From an uncultured delta proteobacterium (GTDB lineage Bacteria; Myxococcota; UBA727; VGSZ01): DNA of 64,000 nucleotides. How positions within the stretch are numbered: position 1 is the first letter of the stretch; the number at the start of each line of letters is the position of its first letter. Positions 31,501-39,318 of the stretch are shown here, in pieces. The position numbers were made by a program, and so were the translations under genes. The notes under the pieces are model-generated. The model was not told the origin of the DNA. It made no database searches and was given only the letters and a program-made list of their open reading frames with translations. Location of the stretch: NCBI GenBank assembly GCA_963775425.1, contig CAVZJB010000007.1:192001-256000 (forward strand), in the 5' to 3' direction.

Positions 31501-34500
31501 GACGTTGGCCACGGTGCTGTTGATGCGCGCGGCGCCACCCTCGATGCTGACCGTGCCCGTGGGCGAGGTCTTGTCGAGGATGATGGAGCGGCTCGTGACG
31601 CCGACGTTGCCGGCGGCGTCGGTGGCCTCGAGGAACACGAGCTTGTTCTCGTCGACGGCGGGGTTGGCGAGCTGCCACTGGAGGTTCGGCACCACGGGCT
31701 GCGGCAGGCCGCTGAAGGTGGCGGCCGTGTTCTGCACGCGGATGCCGGTGATGGGGGCGGTGGACGCGCCGCCGTCGATGGTGAGAGACACGTTCTCGCT
31801 GCGGGTGAACGCGGCGCTCGCGCCGATGGCCCCGTTGATGGCGAGGGCGGGCGCCGGCGCCGTGGTGTCGAGCGTGATGGGCAGCGACACCGGCGCGCTG
31901 TCGTTGCCGGCCTCGTCGGTGAAGACGACGTCGACGACGTAGTCGCCGTCGTCGGAGACGGCGCCGCCGCCGGCGTCGAGCACGCTGAGCGTGACCGTCT
32001 GCGTCCCCGAGAACGACGCGGTCTGCGGCAGCCCCGACAGGCCGGCCTTGCGCACCGTGGTGGTGACGGTGGCGACGCTGCCGGAGTTGTCGGCGGCGAG
32101 CGTGTCGAGCACCACCTGGTGGCTGGCCGCGTTGGTGAAGCTTGCGCCGCTGCTCTGGGTGCAGCTCGCGCAATCGACGAGGAGCGGGCCCGGCGCCTGG
32201 CGGTCGAGGAAGATGACGGCGCTGCGCTCGGTGAGGTTGCCGGCGGCGTCGAAGAAGCGGCCGAACACCGTGACCTGTCCGTCGCCCGCGGGCGGCGCGG
32301 GCGGGCTCAGATCGAAGGCGGTGTCGGCGAGCGGCAGGTCGCGCTCGTCGAAGGTGGACGGGTCGGTGTCGACGAACACGCCGGTGGTGTTGAGCTGCAC
32401 CTTGGCCGCGTCGCCGCCCTGGTCGTTCACGCCCAGGGTGACGACGGGGTCGTTGGTGAAGGCGGCGCCCGCGTCGAGCGTGAAGGTGACGGCCGGCCCG
32501 CGCGTGTCGAGCACAATGTCGACGTGGAAGGAATTGCTGTTGAGGGACGACGCGTTGCCGGCGGCGTCGGTGAGCTGGCCGAAGATGGTGTACGAGCCGT
32601 CCACGGGCGGCAGCGCCACGCCCGGGACCAGGCGCGCGGTGTCGGGCGAGGGGGAGGGCGCGGGGATGACGCGGAAGGTGCCGTCGTCGACCACGGGCGA
32701 CAGGCCGAAGCGCGTGCCGAACACCCCGGCGACGGCGTTGCCGGCGGCGTCGGCGACGTTGTTGTGGCCGGTTTGCACGGCGATGTCGAACTGCGCGCTG
32801 CGGGAAAACAGCGTGCCGCCCGAGGACACGATGAAGCTGGAGCTCGGCGCAAAGCTCACGCCGTCGGTGAGCGCGGGCGGCGTGCGGTCGACGACGACGT
32901 CGGCGCTGGCGGGGGTGGCGGAGCAGTTGCCCGCCTGGTCGCACGAAAACGCGAACGCGGTGTGCTTGCCCTCGTTGTCGTTCTCGAACGGGACGGCGCA
33001 CGCCGTGTCGTGGGGACACGCGGTCTGCGCCGGCGCCGACGCCGGCGCCGACGCCGCGAACACCACGCGCGCGTCCTTCAGGGGCGCGACGTTGCCGCTG
33101 CCGGGGTCGGCGTGCACGGTGACGCGGCCGACGGCCTCGTTGGTGAACCCGTCGACGAGCGCGGCCGTCCCTCTGGCGACGGTGGCGGTCACGCTCTGTG
33201 GCGGCGTGGTGTCGAAGACCACCTGCGACTGCAGCACGGGGCCGGGGCTGCCCTGCGTCGGCTGCAATTGGAGGAACACCGTGATCTTGCCCTCGCTCGG
33301 CCCGAGCGTGACGGACGGCGCCACGAAGCCGCTCGGCGTCGCGGGCGTCACGTCGACGAACGGCGGGTCGACGTCGGTCTCCTGAAACGGCGTGGTGGAC
33401 ACGCGGAACTTCGCGATGCCGTCGAAGCTGAGCCCGCCGACGTTCACGGTGGTGAGGTTGGTGAACTGAAGCGGCGTGCACCCCGGGTCGAGCACGGGCG
33501 CGGCGGCGCACAGGCGGAAGTCACCCGAGAGCTGCGCGAGCACGACGGGCGTCGGCTTGCCGGTGCCGTCGTCGTCGACGACGCTCTCGCGGTTGGCCAC
33601 CACCTCGATGCCGGGGACGTCGGACTCGATGAAGCCGTCGAAGAACGCGACGGCGAGGTAGCCGGTGTCGGCGGGGACGCCGGCGACGCGCCAGGTGCCG
33701 TCGGCGAAGGTGAGGGCGCTGGCGACGTCGTCGCCGAGGCTGTCGACGAGCGTGACCTGGATGCCGCTGTTGGTGAGCGCGCTCTCGCGCCCCTCGAGGA
33801 CGAAGCGCCCGACCAGCGACCCGCGCGGCAACAGGAGCGAGACGGGCGCCGCCGACGCCGACGTGGCCGGCGTGAGGGTGACGGCGGTGCTCCCGTCGAG
33901 GAAGGGCGCCGGGCCGCGCGCCACGACGGTGTACGTCTCGATGGGCGCGCCGCCGGCGGCGCCCACGGGGACGCCGGTGAAGGCATATGCGCCGTCGAGG
34001 TTGAACGCGCCCGCCACCGGCTGGGGGTTGCCGACGTCGACGGCGTTTTGCGTGCCGGCGTCCACGGTGATGACGGTGGCGCCCGCGGCGTTCACCAGCG
34101 ACACGCTCGCGCCGGTGACGTCGGCGCGGTTCTCCAGCGACACGTCTCCGCTGAGCTCGCCGGTGCGCGTGAGCGTCAGGGTGACGGGCACGGTGGTGCG
34201 CGTGAGGTTGCCGGCGCCGTCGAAGGCGTCGACGAGCAACTGCAGCGCCTGGCCGTCGGCGCCCGTGACGTCGAGGACCTCGGGCCCGGTGTAGGGGATG
34301 GTGCCTGCCACCACCGCGCCCTGCGCGCGCGCCGCGCCCTGGTTCTCGATGCGCCACGACGCCGGCTGCTCTCCTGCCCCGCCGCCGGAGGCCGGGGGCA
34401 CCGCCACGTCGACCGTCACCGAGGCGCCCGGCACCAGCGCGGCGCCCGCCTGCGTGATGACGCCGGCGGTGGCGACGAGCGCGGGGCTGTCGAGGGCGAC

Positions 34501-36006
34501 GCCGGCGACGTCGACGTCGAGGCTGCGCACGTCCACGAGCCCCACGTTGCCCGCGGCGTCCTCCGCCCACAGCCGCAGTGTGCGCGTCGCCGGCCCGGCC
34601 TTGTCGACGGCGGGTCCCTGCGCCTGCACGCGCGCGAGCTGGCCGAGGGTGCCGAGCGGCGTGAACTGCGTCGGCGCGGCGTCGTCGTCGAGGGTGATGA
34701 AGAAGCCGTGGACGCGGCTGGTGTCGTCGACGAGGTCGCCGGCGACGACGGGGTTCTCGCTCGGCAACGACGCCGCCGCGCACTCGACGTCGCCGAAGCG
34801 CGCGCAGTTGACGGGCACGTGGCCGGCGACGAGGTCGCCGTTTTCGTCGACGTCGAACACCGTGCGCGCGACGTCGTCGACGCTGACGTTCACGGCGCGC
34901 GGCGGCGTGGCGTCGAACACGAAGTCGAGCGGGATCTCGCGCGACACGAGCGGCGTCTGGAACGCGGGATCGGCGCAGGTGCCGTCGGGGTTCGGATCGG
35001 CGCAGGTGCAGCCGCCGAAGCACACCCGCAATTGCGCGAGCAGCGTGCGCGGCCCGTCGCCGCCGGCGACCTCGTAGTCGGCGGCGAGGACGTCGGCGCC
35101 GCCGCCGAGCGCCTGCCAAGCGTCCTCGGGCCCGGGGCGCGTGTCGTCGGTGTACACGCGCGCGAACGCGGTGAGGCTCGGATCGACGAACACGAGCGGC
35201 GCCACCGCCACGTGCGCCGGCGACGCGTTCAAAAACGGCGAAAACGGCGGCCGGTCCGGGTGGCCCTCGAAGTCGTCGATGGCGAACACGCGCCCGAGCG
35301 TGGTGAGGTGCAGCGGCTCCGCGAGGTCGACGGCGCCGTCGGCGACCTGGAAGAACGCCGTCGACGTCGGCGCGTAGTCGTCGCCGGTGGCCTCCACGCG
35401 GTAGCTGCCGGCGGCGACGTGCTTGAAGCTGAAGTCGCCGTTGTCGCTCAGGAACGCGAGCTGCCCGAGCTCGGGGTTCCTGTCCTCGGAGACGAGGCGC
35501 ACGAGGAAGCTCGCGCCGCCTTCGGCGCCGTCGACGCTGCCGTTCACGGAGCCGGGGACGTCGTTCAGGTCGCGCCGCTGCGGCGCGAGGTTCCGCACGG
35601 CGACGTCGCCGGGGAGGAGCTTGGCGGGCTCGGCGAGCGCGTCGAGGAAGAGCGGCTCGGCGTTGAGCGCCGCGTCGAACTTCACGGTGTACGTGCCCGG
35701 CTGAAGGCCGCCGATCTGAAACGACTTGCCCGGCGCGTCGTCGAGGCCATCGGGCAACGGCGCCCCCGCGACGAGGGTCGGGAACTGCGCCACCGCGCCG
35801 GTGCCGGAGTCGACGAGGGGCTGGCCGCGCGCGTCGAGCACGGTGAGGAGCGCGGGGTCCTTGGTGATGTCTCCTTGCAGGTGCCCGACGATGCGCGCCT
35901 TCTGCTGCAGCTCGGCGGGCGCGTCCGGATCGAACGGGTTCGAGGGCGCACACGCGGCGACAACGACGACGACGACGCCGGTAGACAGGAGAGATCGCAT
36001 GAGCAT
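25543..36006 (-). CDS. Giant (~3,490 aa) surface lipoprotein/adhesin: carboxypeptidase-regulatory-like and Ig-like repeats, beta-propeller-like region, C-terminal PPC-like domain
   Basis: Uninterrupted ORF; lipobox VVAAC; many D.AGN..D.T.P Ig repeats; C-terminal D.YEENDS..AT..D.D.Y..GDVDM.L..STGTT..E.I..Y (PPC-like). Confidence 0.9.
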   Translation of the reverse strand: MLMRSLLSTGVVVVVVAACAPSNPFDPDAPAELQQKARIVGHLQGDITKDPALLTVLDARGQPLVDSGTGAVAQFPTLVAGAPLPDGLDDAPGKSFQIGGLQPGTYTVKFDAALNAEPLFLDALAEPAKLLPGDVAVRNLAPQRRDLNDVPGSVNGSVDGAEGGASFLVRLVSEDRNPELGQLAFLSDNGDFSFKHVAAGSYRVEATGDDYAPTSTAFFQVADGAVDLAEPLHLTTLGRVFAIDDFEGHPDRPPFSPFLNASPAHVAVAPLVFVDPSLTAFARVYTDDTRPGPEDAWQALGGGADVLAADYEVAGGDGPRTLLAQLRVCFGGCTCADPNPDGTCADPAFQTPLVSREIPLDFVFDATPPRAVNVSVDDVARTVFDVDENGDLVAGHVPVNCARFGDVECAAASLPSENPVVAGDLVDDTSRVHGFFITLDDDAAPTQFTPLGTLGQLARVQAQGPAVDKAGPATRTLRLWAEDAAGNVGLVDVRSLDVDVAGVALDSPALVATAGVITQAGAALVPGASVTVDVAVPPASGGGAGEQPASWRIENQGAARAQGAVVAGTIPYTGPEVLDVTGADGQALQLLVDAFDGAGNLTRTTVPVTLTLTRTGELSGDVSLENRADVTGASVSLVNAAGATVITVDAGTQNAVDVGNPQPVAGAFNLDGAYAFTGVPVGAAGGAPIETYTVVARGPAPFLDGSTAVTLTPATSASAAPVSLLLPRGSLVGRFVLEGRESALTNSGIQVTLVDSLGDDVASALTFADGTWRVAGVPADTGYLAVAFFDGFIESDVPGIEVVANRESVVDDDGTGKPTPVVLAQLSGDFRLCAAAPVLDPGCTPLQFTNLTTVNVGGLSFDGIAKFRVSTTPFQETDVDPPFVDVTPATPSGFVAPSVTLGPSEGKITVFLQLQPTQGSPGPVLQSQVVFDTTPPQSVTATVARGTAALVDGFTNEAVGRVTVHADPGSGNVAPLKDARVVFAASAPASAPAQTACPHDTACAVPFENDNEGKHTAFAFSCDQAGNCSATPASADVVVDRTPPALTDGVSFAPSSSFIVSSGGTLFSRSAQFDIAVQTGHNNVADAAGNAVAGVFGTRFGLSPVVDDGTFRVIPAPSPSPDTARLVPGVALPPVDGSYTIFGQLTDAAGNASSLNSNSFHVDIVLDTRGPAVTFTLDAGAAFTNDPVVTLGVNDQGGDAAKVQLNTTGVFVDTDPSTFDERDLPLADTAFDLSPPAPPAGDGQVTVFGRFFDAAGNLTERSAVIFLDRQAPGPLLVDCASCTQSSGASFTNAASHQVVLDTLAADNSGSVATVTTTVRKAGLSGLPQTASFSGTQTVTLSVLDAGGGAVSDDGDYVVDVVFTDEAGNDSAPVSLPITLDTTAPAPALAINGAIGASAAFTRSENVSLTIDGGASTAPITGIRVQNTAATFSGLPQPVVPNLQWQLANPAVDENKLVFLEATDAAGNVGVTSRSIILDKTSPTGTVSIEGGAARINSTVANVSYAYTLSDVAAFAVTTAASGFPADCGGVTFTSGSAFPSQVTFASTSGGPEARTVSVCTRDAADNTALATATTVLDEEFPTGSVTLNGGATFTTTRALTATVSAPADTALIKSSLSGPGTVTPLDCASATGYVALPSPPDVTLTIPGTGSAGAGLYTAQVCLKDSAGNVSTDAGGNPAPVSDTIVFDAAAPSVTLAVNNGDAFTTNATVSLTVGASDDLTSPLGGVVSMRIANTTATFTGAQEPFTTQRTTTLAAPTTEELKTVCVEVTDAAGRTASTCTDISLDLVGPTGTVAIARAVGNFSTAGNGVLSTTFRSDDPSIAALAFGQAPLDCASVPAASFVPLAVSTNSVQDVTVADGEGTRSVTGCFKAQSGLLTSTTDTVFVDPTDPPLAQPLAPQSGALVSTRKPAFSWAAVNGAVSYTLIVRKVSDQSTVLSQAGVTGLSFTPSAALPEVPLEWIVVARKASGRTSVVTFTDAPRVTPDATAPSAPTGLTVAIHSGSALVTTPPPCTVAQPCINDPFPTLSFTPGTDTGTGVTQFVDVALGTDVAFTSPLFSLPRPDGSAFDVPFSLGDGVYHWRVRAVDGAGNSTTSATSNFQVDRAPPTPPTIVPPQDPVSQTLASTIPLKWTNEGGTGALTYRFELTTDSLGFGAPLVAVTQGATTIDVKGDLVDGAAVRHIFRVAAIDALGNQSAFTTATFLNDTVAPCSVSSQIDLVGASGTPNGFTNSSVVTVQLQCIGDNPSLMQIGCDGDPTGKPFVSFANVSTCVLPPGQGAHTVAAVVSDAAGNKSATVDNSISVDTVAPTTPILATQNTFTNQAAFTVSLTSGSSDTNFDHHEFVGGTVSSFTPFAGLSFSVPLSAGDGANIVRVRGVDLADNLSPEVAVTITKDTTPPQAPIILGGGTTHFVNADTFTFSLDPSSPTAFDANFETYETASCTGSGCIVGAFSANPGNGVFTFNLAQDQSTTFAVRGRDKAGNVSGAAQIVVVEDSHNPRPVQLEPLPAVVTAGPPVTASGSRGPYVDVMLARSETNIAPAQIDPNFDHFEIRGAVGAFVGFVPVCDAPTALCPIPFTSDTGDVVDQTTIAIHSGDNIAGFRIPAVPGETNTFTLRSVDKAGNVSLETTVFTRDVTSQRVTNNAARESGIVAFGDKIAYIDDTTSLVHVAEAGGDALWGTSDDGDFAPDTAAIESFDDGPPARSLAMGPNMLFYERNSGARAILMRTAGADGLFASTGDNTGPVVVSSDGAGTVVDETKEQSQPSFWRDSLAWKQATSSSETDVIVRQDGGDGVFGDLDDTFAKIGAAGQHRLFPAVSGDNLAFLLCNSSNRSACPSTTPFELVVVNAGPDHRFGTGDDLAPVTLTQAVDIDAMRIELFTPGTTGRAACRNVVAYAGRAGPNKGVQVIATEPDGKFVASDVPVQVMVADALTPGGERYFSLWDNVALSSDGFAPPRIEVATGGPDGCLTRKADNVVFDSQIFGNYGEVYQNTIVSEVLSPTPDVSVLELGSDRPLWPRSEGLNTNNLDTDRFGVAFGGIGFYDLATRTMRVPRTASFEVEAFDRWWAYAQGAVFGGGTTTLFVRDRAVDEIFGTADDVERTVTGTHLLEMNNNSSTANGGPSFDVDENAVLWAGVQPSLSTVVPVLRCVGADGTLGTADDPELEVAGASPGPNYQNLVLSKNRALFQTCPDVACNSTTESLFVREVSGADPCASGATVTQLVASAGGAALDGERVAFASSDVEVIEAGADHKLATTSDNVTRRFFQPSGVSVQEHLSLSGDRVAWIDTRSQTQRVAVGDLADLSVRVLSKSADADDGVSIDGDVLAYGVTTAQVFKDDIDKYYFGVEPDLPQDFVNPGPTRLRCPQDDIYEENDSKATATPMNSGAGLNAIVCRNDPDRYQITAPANASGCTVHAHIHFVHAEGDVDMLLFNENNDDDTGTTAIASSTGTTNDEIINKAIGTAGGTFQVKVFGFGQAENTYDISTNVTCP

Positions 36007-36034
36007 GAGCGGCCCGGGGCAATAGGGAGCACGC

Positions 36035-36040
36035 AGTGTA
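36035..36040 (-). promoter_or_regulatory. Putative sigma70 -10 element (TACACT) for the giant lipoprotein gene
   Basis: Minus-strand TACACT about 28 nt upstream of the ATG at 36006. Confidence 0.4.
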
Positions 36041-36238
36041 GCGGGCGCCCGGCCGACGGCGAGGGGGCAAAAAAGCCCTCCAAGAACCAGGGGCCTCAAA
36101 TCGAAACGCTCACGAGCGGCTGCCGGCGGCGGGAGGAGCGCCGAAGGCGCGCGCGCGGCGGTAGACATTCACGGCGGGCGCGACGTCGTCGTCAGCGACA
36201 AACGTCGGCCCGCCGTGAATGTCGTAACGCCGCTCAAA

Positions 36239-36958
36239 TCAGCCGAGGTTCTTTTCCTTGATGAGCTGCTTCACGCCGTCCACGGAGCGGGTGCGGAGCT
36301 CCCAGCCGTTGACGAAGAGCGACGGCGTGCCGCGGACGTGGCCTTCCTTGGCGCCGAGCTCGGACTCCTTCTTGATGATGTCCTCGAACTTGGCGTCGTC
36401 GTCCTTGAGGGCCTTCTCGAACTTCTTCACGTCGACACCGACCTCACCCGCCCACTTGCTGTAGTTCTCGGGGGAGAGCTGGCGCTGGTTCTCGAAGAGC
36501 TTGCGCGAGAACTCCCAGAACTTGGCGTCGCCCGCGAGCTCGCGAACGGCCAGCGCCGCCTTGGACGCCGGGCGCGCGTTCTGGTGGAACGACAGCGGGA
36601 ACTGCTTGTAGACGACGTTGACCTTGTCCTTCAGCTCGGGATCCGCCACGACTTCGCGGAGCATGGGCTCCACGCGCGAGCAGAACGGGCACTGGTAGTC
36701 GGACCAGATCATCAGCGTGATCTTCGCGTCCTTCTTGCCGAGCACCGGGCTGTCGCCGACGGGCAGGGTGTAGGCCGTGGTCTGCGGCGGCGGGGGCGCC
36801 GGACGCCGCGGGCTGGGGCCGCGCTTCTCGAGGGCCTCGACCTTCTTCTCGAGCTTCTCGATGCGCTCGACGAGCTCCTTGCTTCCGCCGCCGCCCGGGG
36901 GCTGGCAGGCGGCGAGGACGCCGAGGATGGAGGAGGTGATGATGAGCTTCTTCAGCAT
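36239..36958 (-). CDS. DsbA-family thioredoxin lipoprotein
   Basis: Lipobox VLAAC, short coiled coil, SDYQCPFC active site, FPL..H and GTPS (cis-Pro loop); AAGGA RBS. Confidence 0.92.
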   Translation of the reverse strand: MLKKLIITSSILGVLAACQPPGGGGSKELVERIEKLEKKVEALEKRGPSPRRPAPPPPQTTAYTLPVGDSPVLGKKDAKITLMIWSDYQCPFCSRVEPMLREVVADPELKDKVNVVYKQFPLSFHQNARPASKAALAVRELAGDAKFWEFSRKLFENQRQLSPENYSKWAGEVGVDVKKFEKALKDDDAKFEDIIKKESELGAKEGHVRGTPSLFVNGWELRTRSVDGVKQLIKEKNLG

Positions 36959-37056
36959 TGTCTTTTCCTTGTTGGTTGACTTGCGTACGAACGAAACGAG
37001 CGATGCGGGGTGCCGCACGCGGCGCACTGTCACCAGGCTGGCGCGCGGCGAGCGGC

Positions 37057-37536
37057 CTACGACGGCGGCACGCTGAAGCGGGCGTGGCCGTCGCGCAGCC
37101 CGCCGGCGCCGTCCGTCGGGGCGGCGGCGAGGACTCGCGCGAAGACGGGGGGCAGCCGGGCGCCGGACGCGGCGGCGGCCGCGGCCGCGGTGAACGCGGA
37201 CGACGGCGGCGGCGCGGGCAGCGCGGGGGCGTCCTCGAAGTGCGCGCCGGAGCCCGCGTCGGCGAGCGCCGGGATGTCGATCTGACAGAGCAGCACGCCG
37301 GCGGTGGTGACGACGTACACGGCCGCGTCGGCGCAGCCAGCCGCGCCCCCCATGCTGACGCCGTCGGCGAGGGCGCAGGGCAGGATCACGCGCTCGGGCT
37401 CGGGCTCGGCGGCCGCGGGCTCGTCGGCGTCGGCGTCGGCCTTGCCTTCTTCACAGAGCTGAAACGCGTGCGCCGGCATCGCGAACGAAGCCACGGCGAG
37501 GGTGAGGCAGGCGCAAAGTGCGAGCCTGGTGAGCAC
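37057..37536 (-). CDS. Hypothetical secreted protein
   Basis: Signal peptide ending PAHA, four Cys in the mature part, Pro/Ala-rich tail. No family recognised. Confidence 0.5.
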   Translation of the reverse strand: MLTRLALCACLTLAVASFAMPAHAFQLCEEGKADADADEPAAAEPEPERVILPCALADGVSMGGAAGCADAAVYVVTTAGVLLCQIDIPALADAGSGAHFEDAPALPAPPPSSAFTAAAAAAASGARLPPVFARVLAAAPTDGAGGLRDGHARFSVPPS

Positions 37537-37605
37537 GGCGACCCGGGTCTTAACAAACACGAACCGGATGCGCGAGGCCGATCGCAACCGGTAGAATGGG
37601 CCTGG

Positions 37606-38025
37606 ATGCCCTTCACCGCCGAGGACATGGGGAACTACTTCGACGCCTACGGGTGGAAGTACGAGCGCCGGGAGGGCACCGTGTTCCGCACCGGCTTCGT
37701 CGGAGACACGGGCCACTACGACATCTGGCTGAAGGTGACCGACACCTGGGTCTATTTCGCCATCAACCCCTACGTGCCCCGCCCGACGGGGCGCTCCCAC
37801 GGAGCCGGGACCCTGCACGCCATGCTCAAGGCCAACCACGAGCTGAACCTGGCCAAGTTCGCGGTCGACGACGACGGCGACCTGCTGTTGTCGGTGGAAT
37901 TGCCCTGCGAGGGATTCTGCTACACGCACTTCGCCGACGCCCTCACGGCCCTCGCCCACTACGCGGACGACTACCGCGAGCGCATCGAAGAAGCCGTCGC
38001 CGCGGACGCCGCGGAGACCGTGTGA
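37606..38025 (+). CDS. YbjN-family (T3SS chaperone-like fold) protein, copy 1
   Basis: 139 aa, acidic; LKANHELNLAKFAVDDDGDLLLSVELP followed by a C-terminal amphipathic helix. Confidence 0.75.
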   Translation: MPFTAEDMGNYFDAYGWKYERREGTVFRTGFVGDTGHYDIWLKVTDTWVYFAINPYVPRPTGRSHGAGTLHAMLKANHELNLAKFAVDDDGDLLLSVELPCEGFCYTHFADALTALAHYADDYRERIEEAVAADAAETV

Positions 38026-38029
38026 CCCC

Positions 38030-38461
38030 ATGAAGACCCAGGCGCGCGCGGCGCGGACGTCGGCGGCGGAGGTGGCGCGGTTCTTCCGTCGCTACGGCTG
38101 GAGCTTCGAGCGCCTCGAGGAGGACACGTTCCGCACCGGCTTCCGCGGCAAAAACGCCGCGTTCGTGGCGCTGGTGAGGGTGACGCCGCACTGGGTGGTG
38201 TTCACGGTGAACCCGCTGCTGCGCTGCCCCGAGGACGGCTTCGGCGTGGCCACGCTGCGCGCGCTGGCCATCGCCAACCAGCAAGCCAACCTCGCCAAGC
38301 TCGGCATCGACGACGACGGCGACGCCTTCATCAACGTCGAGCTCCCGTCCGAAGGCTTCGCGTTCTCCCACTTCGTCGCGGCGCTGGGCGCGCTCGCGCA
38401 CTTCGCCGACACGTTCATCGTGATGCTGCTGCAAGCCAAGGCCATCGACGACAGGAACTGA
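38030..38461 (+). CDS. YbjN-family (T3SS chaperone-like fold) protein, copy 2
   Basis: Paralog of the upstream gene (FRTGF.G; NLAK..DDDGD..VELP.EGF..HF..AL.ALAH.AD). Confidence 0.75.
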   Translation: MKTQARAARTSAAEVARFFRRYGWSFERLEEDTFRTGFRGKNAAFVALVRVTPHWVVFTVNPLLRCPEDGFGVATLRALAIANQQANLAKLGIDDDGDAFINVELPSEGFAFSHFVAALGALAHFADTFIVMLLQAKAIDDRN

Positions 38462-38614
38462 AAGGCTGACGAAAATGCGGCTCGTAGCAGCACTCGGCGA
38501 AGCCGCCCACAAGGTGGCTCGCCGCGCGGAGTACGTGGCGAGGCACGTCGGCGCGCATCGGGCCAGCCCTCGTCGCCACTCGCGGCGCACGTTACGCGTC
38601 AGCCTCGCGCAGCG

Positions 38615-39214
38615 TCAGCAGTCGGGGTCGCTCGCGCACGTGCTGTCGCAGACGCCGTCGACGGCGGCGCAGGGGTCGGCGCCGGCGGCGAGGGGATCGT
38701 CCCACAGCTCGAGGTCGAGGCTCTCGTACGTGGTGGGCGTGGCGCCGAGACCGAAGGCGAGCGAGGTCACGAGGAGGTTCACGCCCGTGGCGGAGTTGGC
38801 GAGGTTTCGCCACTGGACGCCGGCGCCGATCTCGAGGCCCACGTGCGGGCCCTCGTATGACCCCAGCAACCCGCGCGCGCTGACGCCGCCGCCCTCGGGG
38901 AGATCGAACGGGTACTGCGCGCCGTCGAGCCTGGGCTCGAAGGAGGCGTCGGCGACGAGCCCGACCATGGTCCCATCGAGCCGCGCATCGAAGTCGTGCT
39001 CCTCGCCTTCGAGGTCGTGCACGAGGAGGGTGGCGTCTCCTTCGATGTGACCGACGCCGAGGCCGGCCTGCCACATGCCGAGGTCGACGAGCTGCGCGTC
39101 GGCGACGCTGAAGCCGAGCGGATCGCTCGGGTTCGCGCCGCAGCCGGCGCCGCTCGAGTCGGCGGGCGGCCGACAGCCGGCGAACAAGAGGCACAGGACA
39201 ATCGCGCGTCTCAT
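38615..39214 (-). CDS. Hypothetical lipoprotein (beta-rich, C-terminal Cys motif)
   Basis: MRRAIVLCLLFAGC lipobox; ends DPCAAVDGVCDSTCASDPDC. Confidence 0.65.
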   Translation of the reverse strand: MRRAIVLCLLFAGCRPPADSSGAGCGANPSDPLGFSVADAQLVDLGMWQAGLGVGHIEGDATLLVHDLEGEEHDFDARLDGTMVGLVADASFEPRLDGAQYPFDLPEGGGVSARGLLGSYEGPHVGLEIGAGVQWRNLANSATGVNLLVTSLAFGLGATPTTYESLDLELWDDPLAAGADPCAAVDGVCDSTCASDPDC

Positions 39215-39318
39215 CGGCTCGGATTGTGCCCCGGGCCGCTCGTCGCGCAAGCGCGACATTCGTGTCGCTCCTTCGACGCGGCGGGCGGCGCCGGCGTCGA
39301 CCACGCGCACCGACCGCG

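Noticed and set aside
28525-36261. 2578-aa plus-strand ORF and other long antisense ORFs (e.g. 2338-5892, 12857-15409, 46408-49332, 55454-58099)
   Set aside because: These are shadows of real high-GC3 genes on the opposite strand, with Arg/Gly/Ala-rich translations and no motifs.
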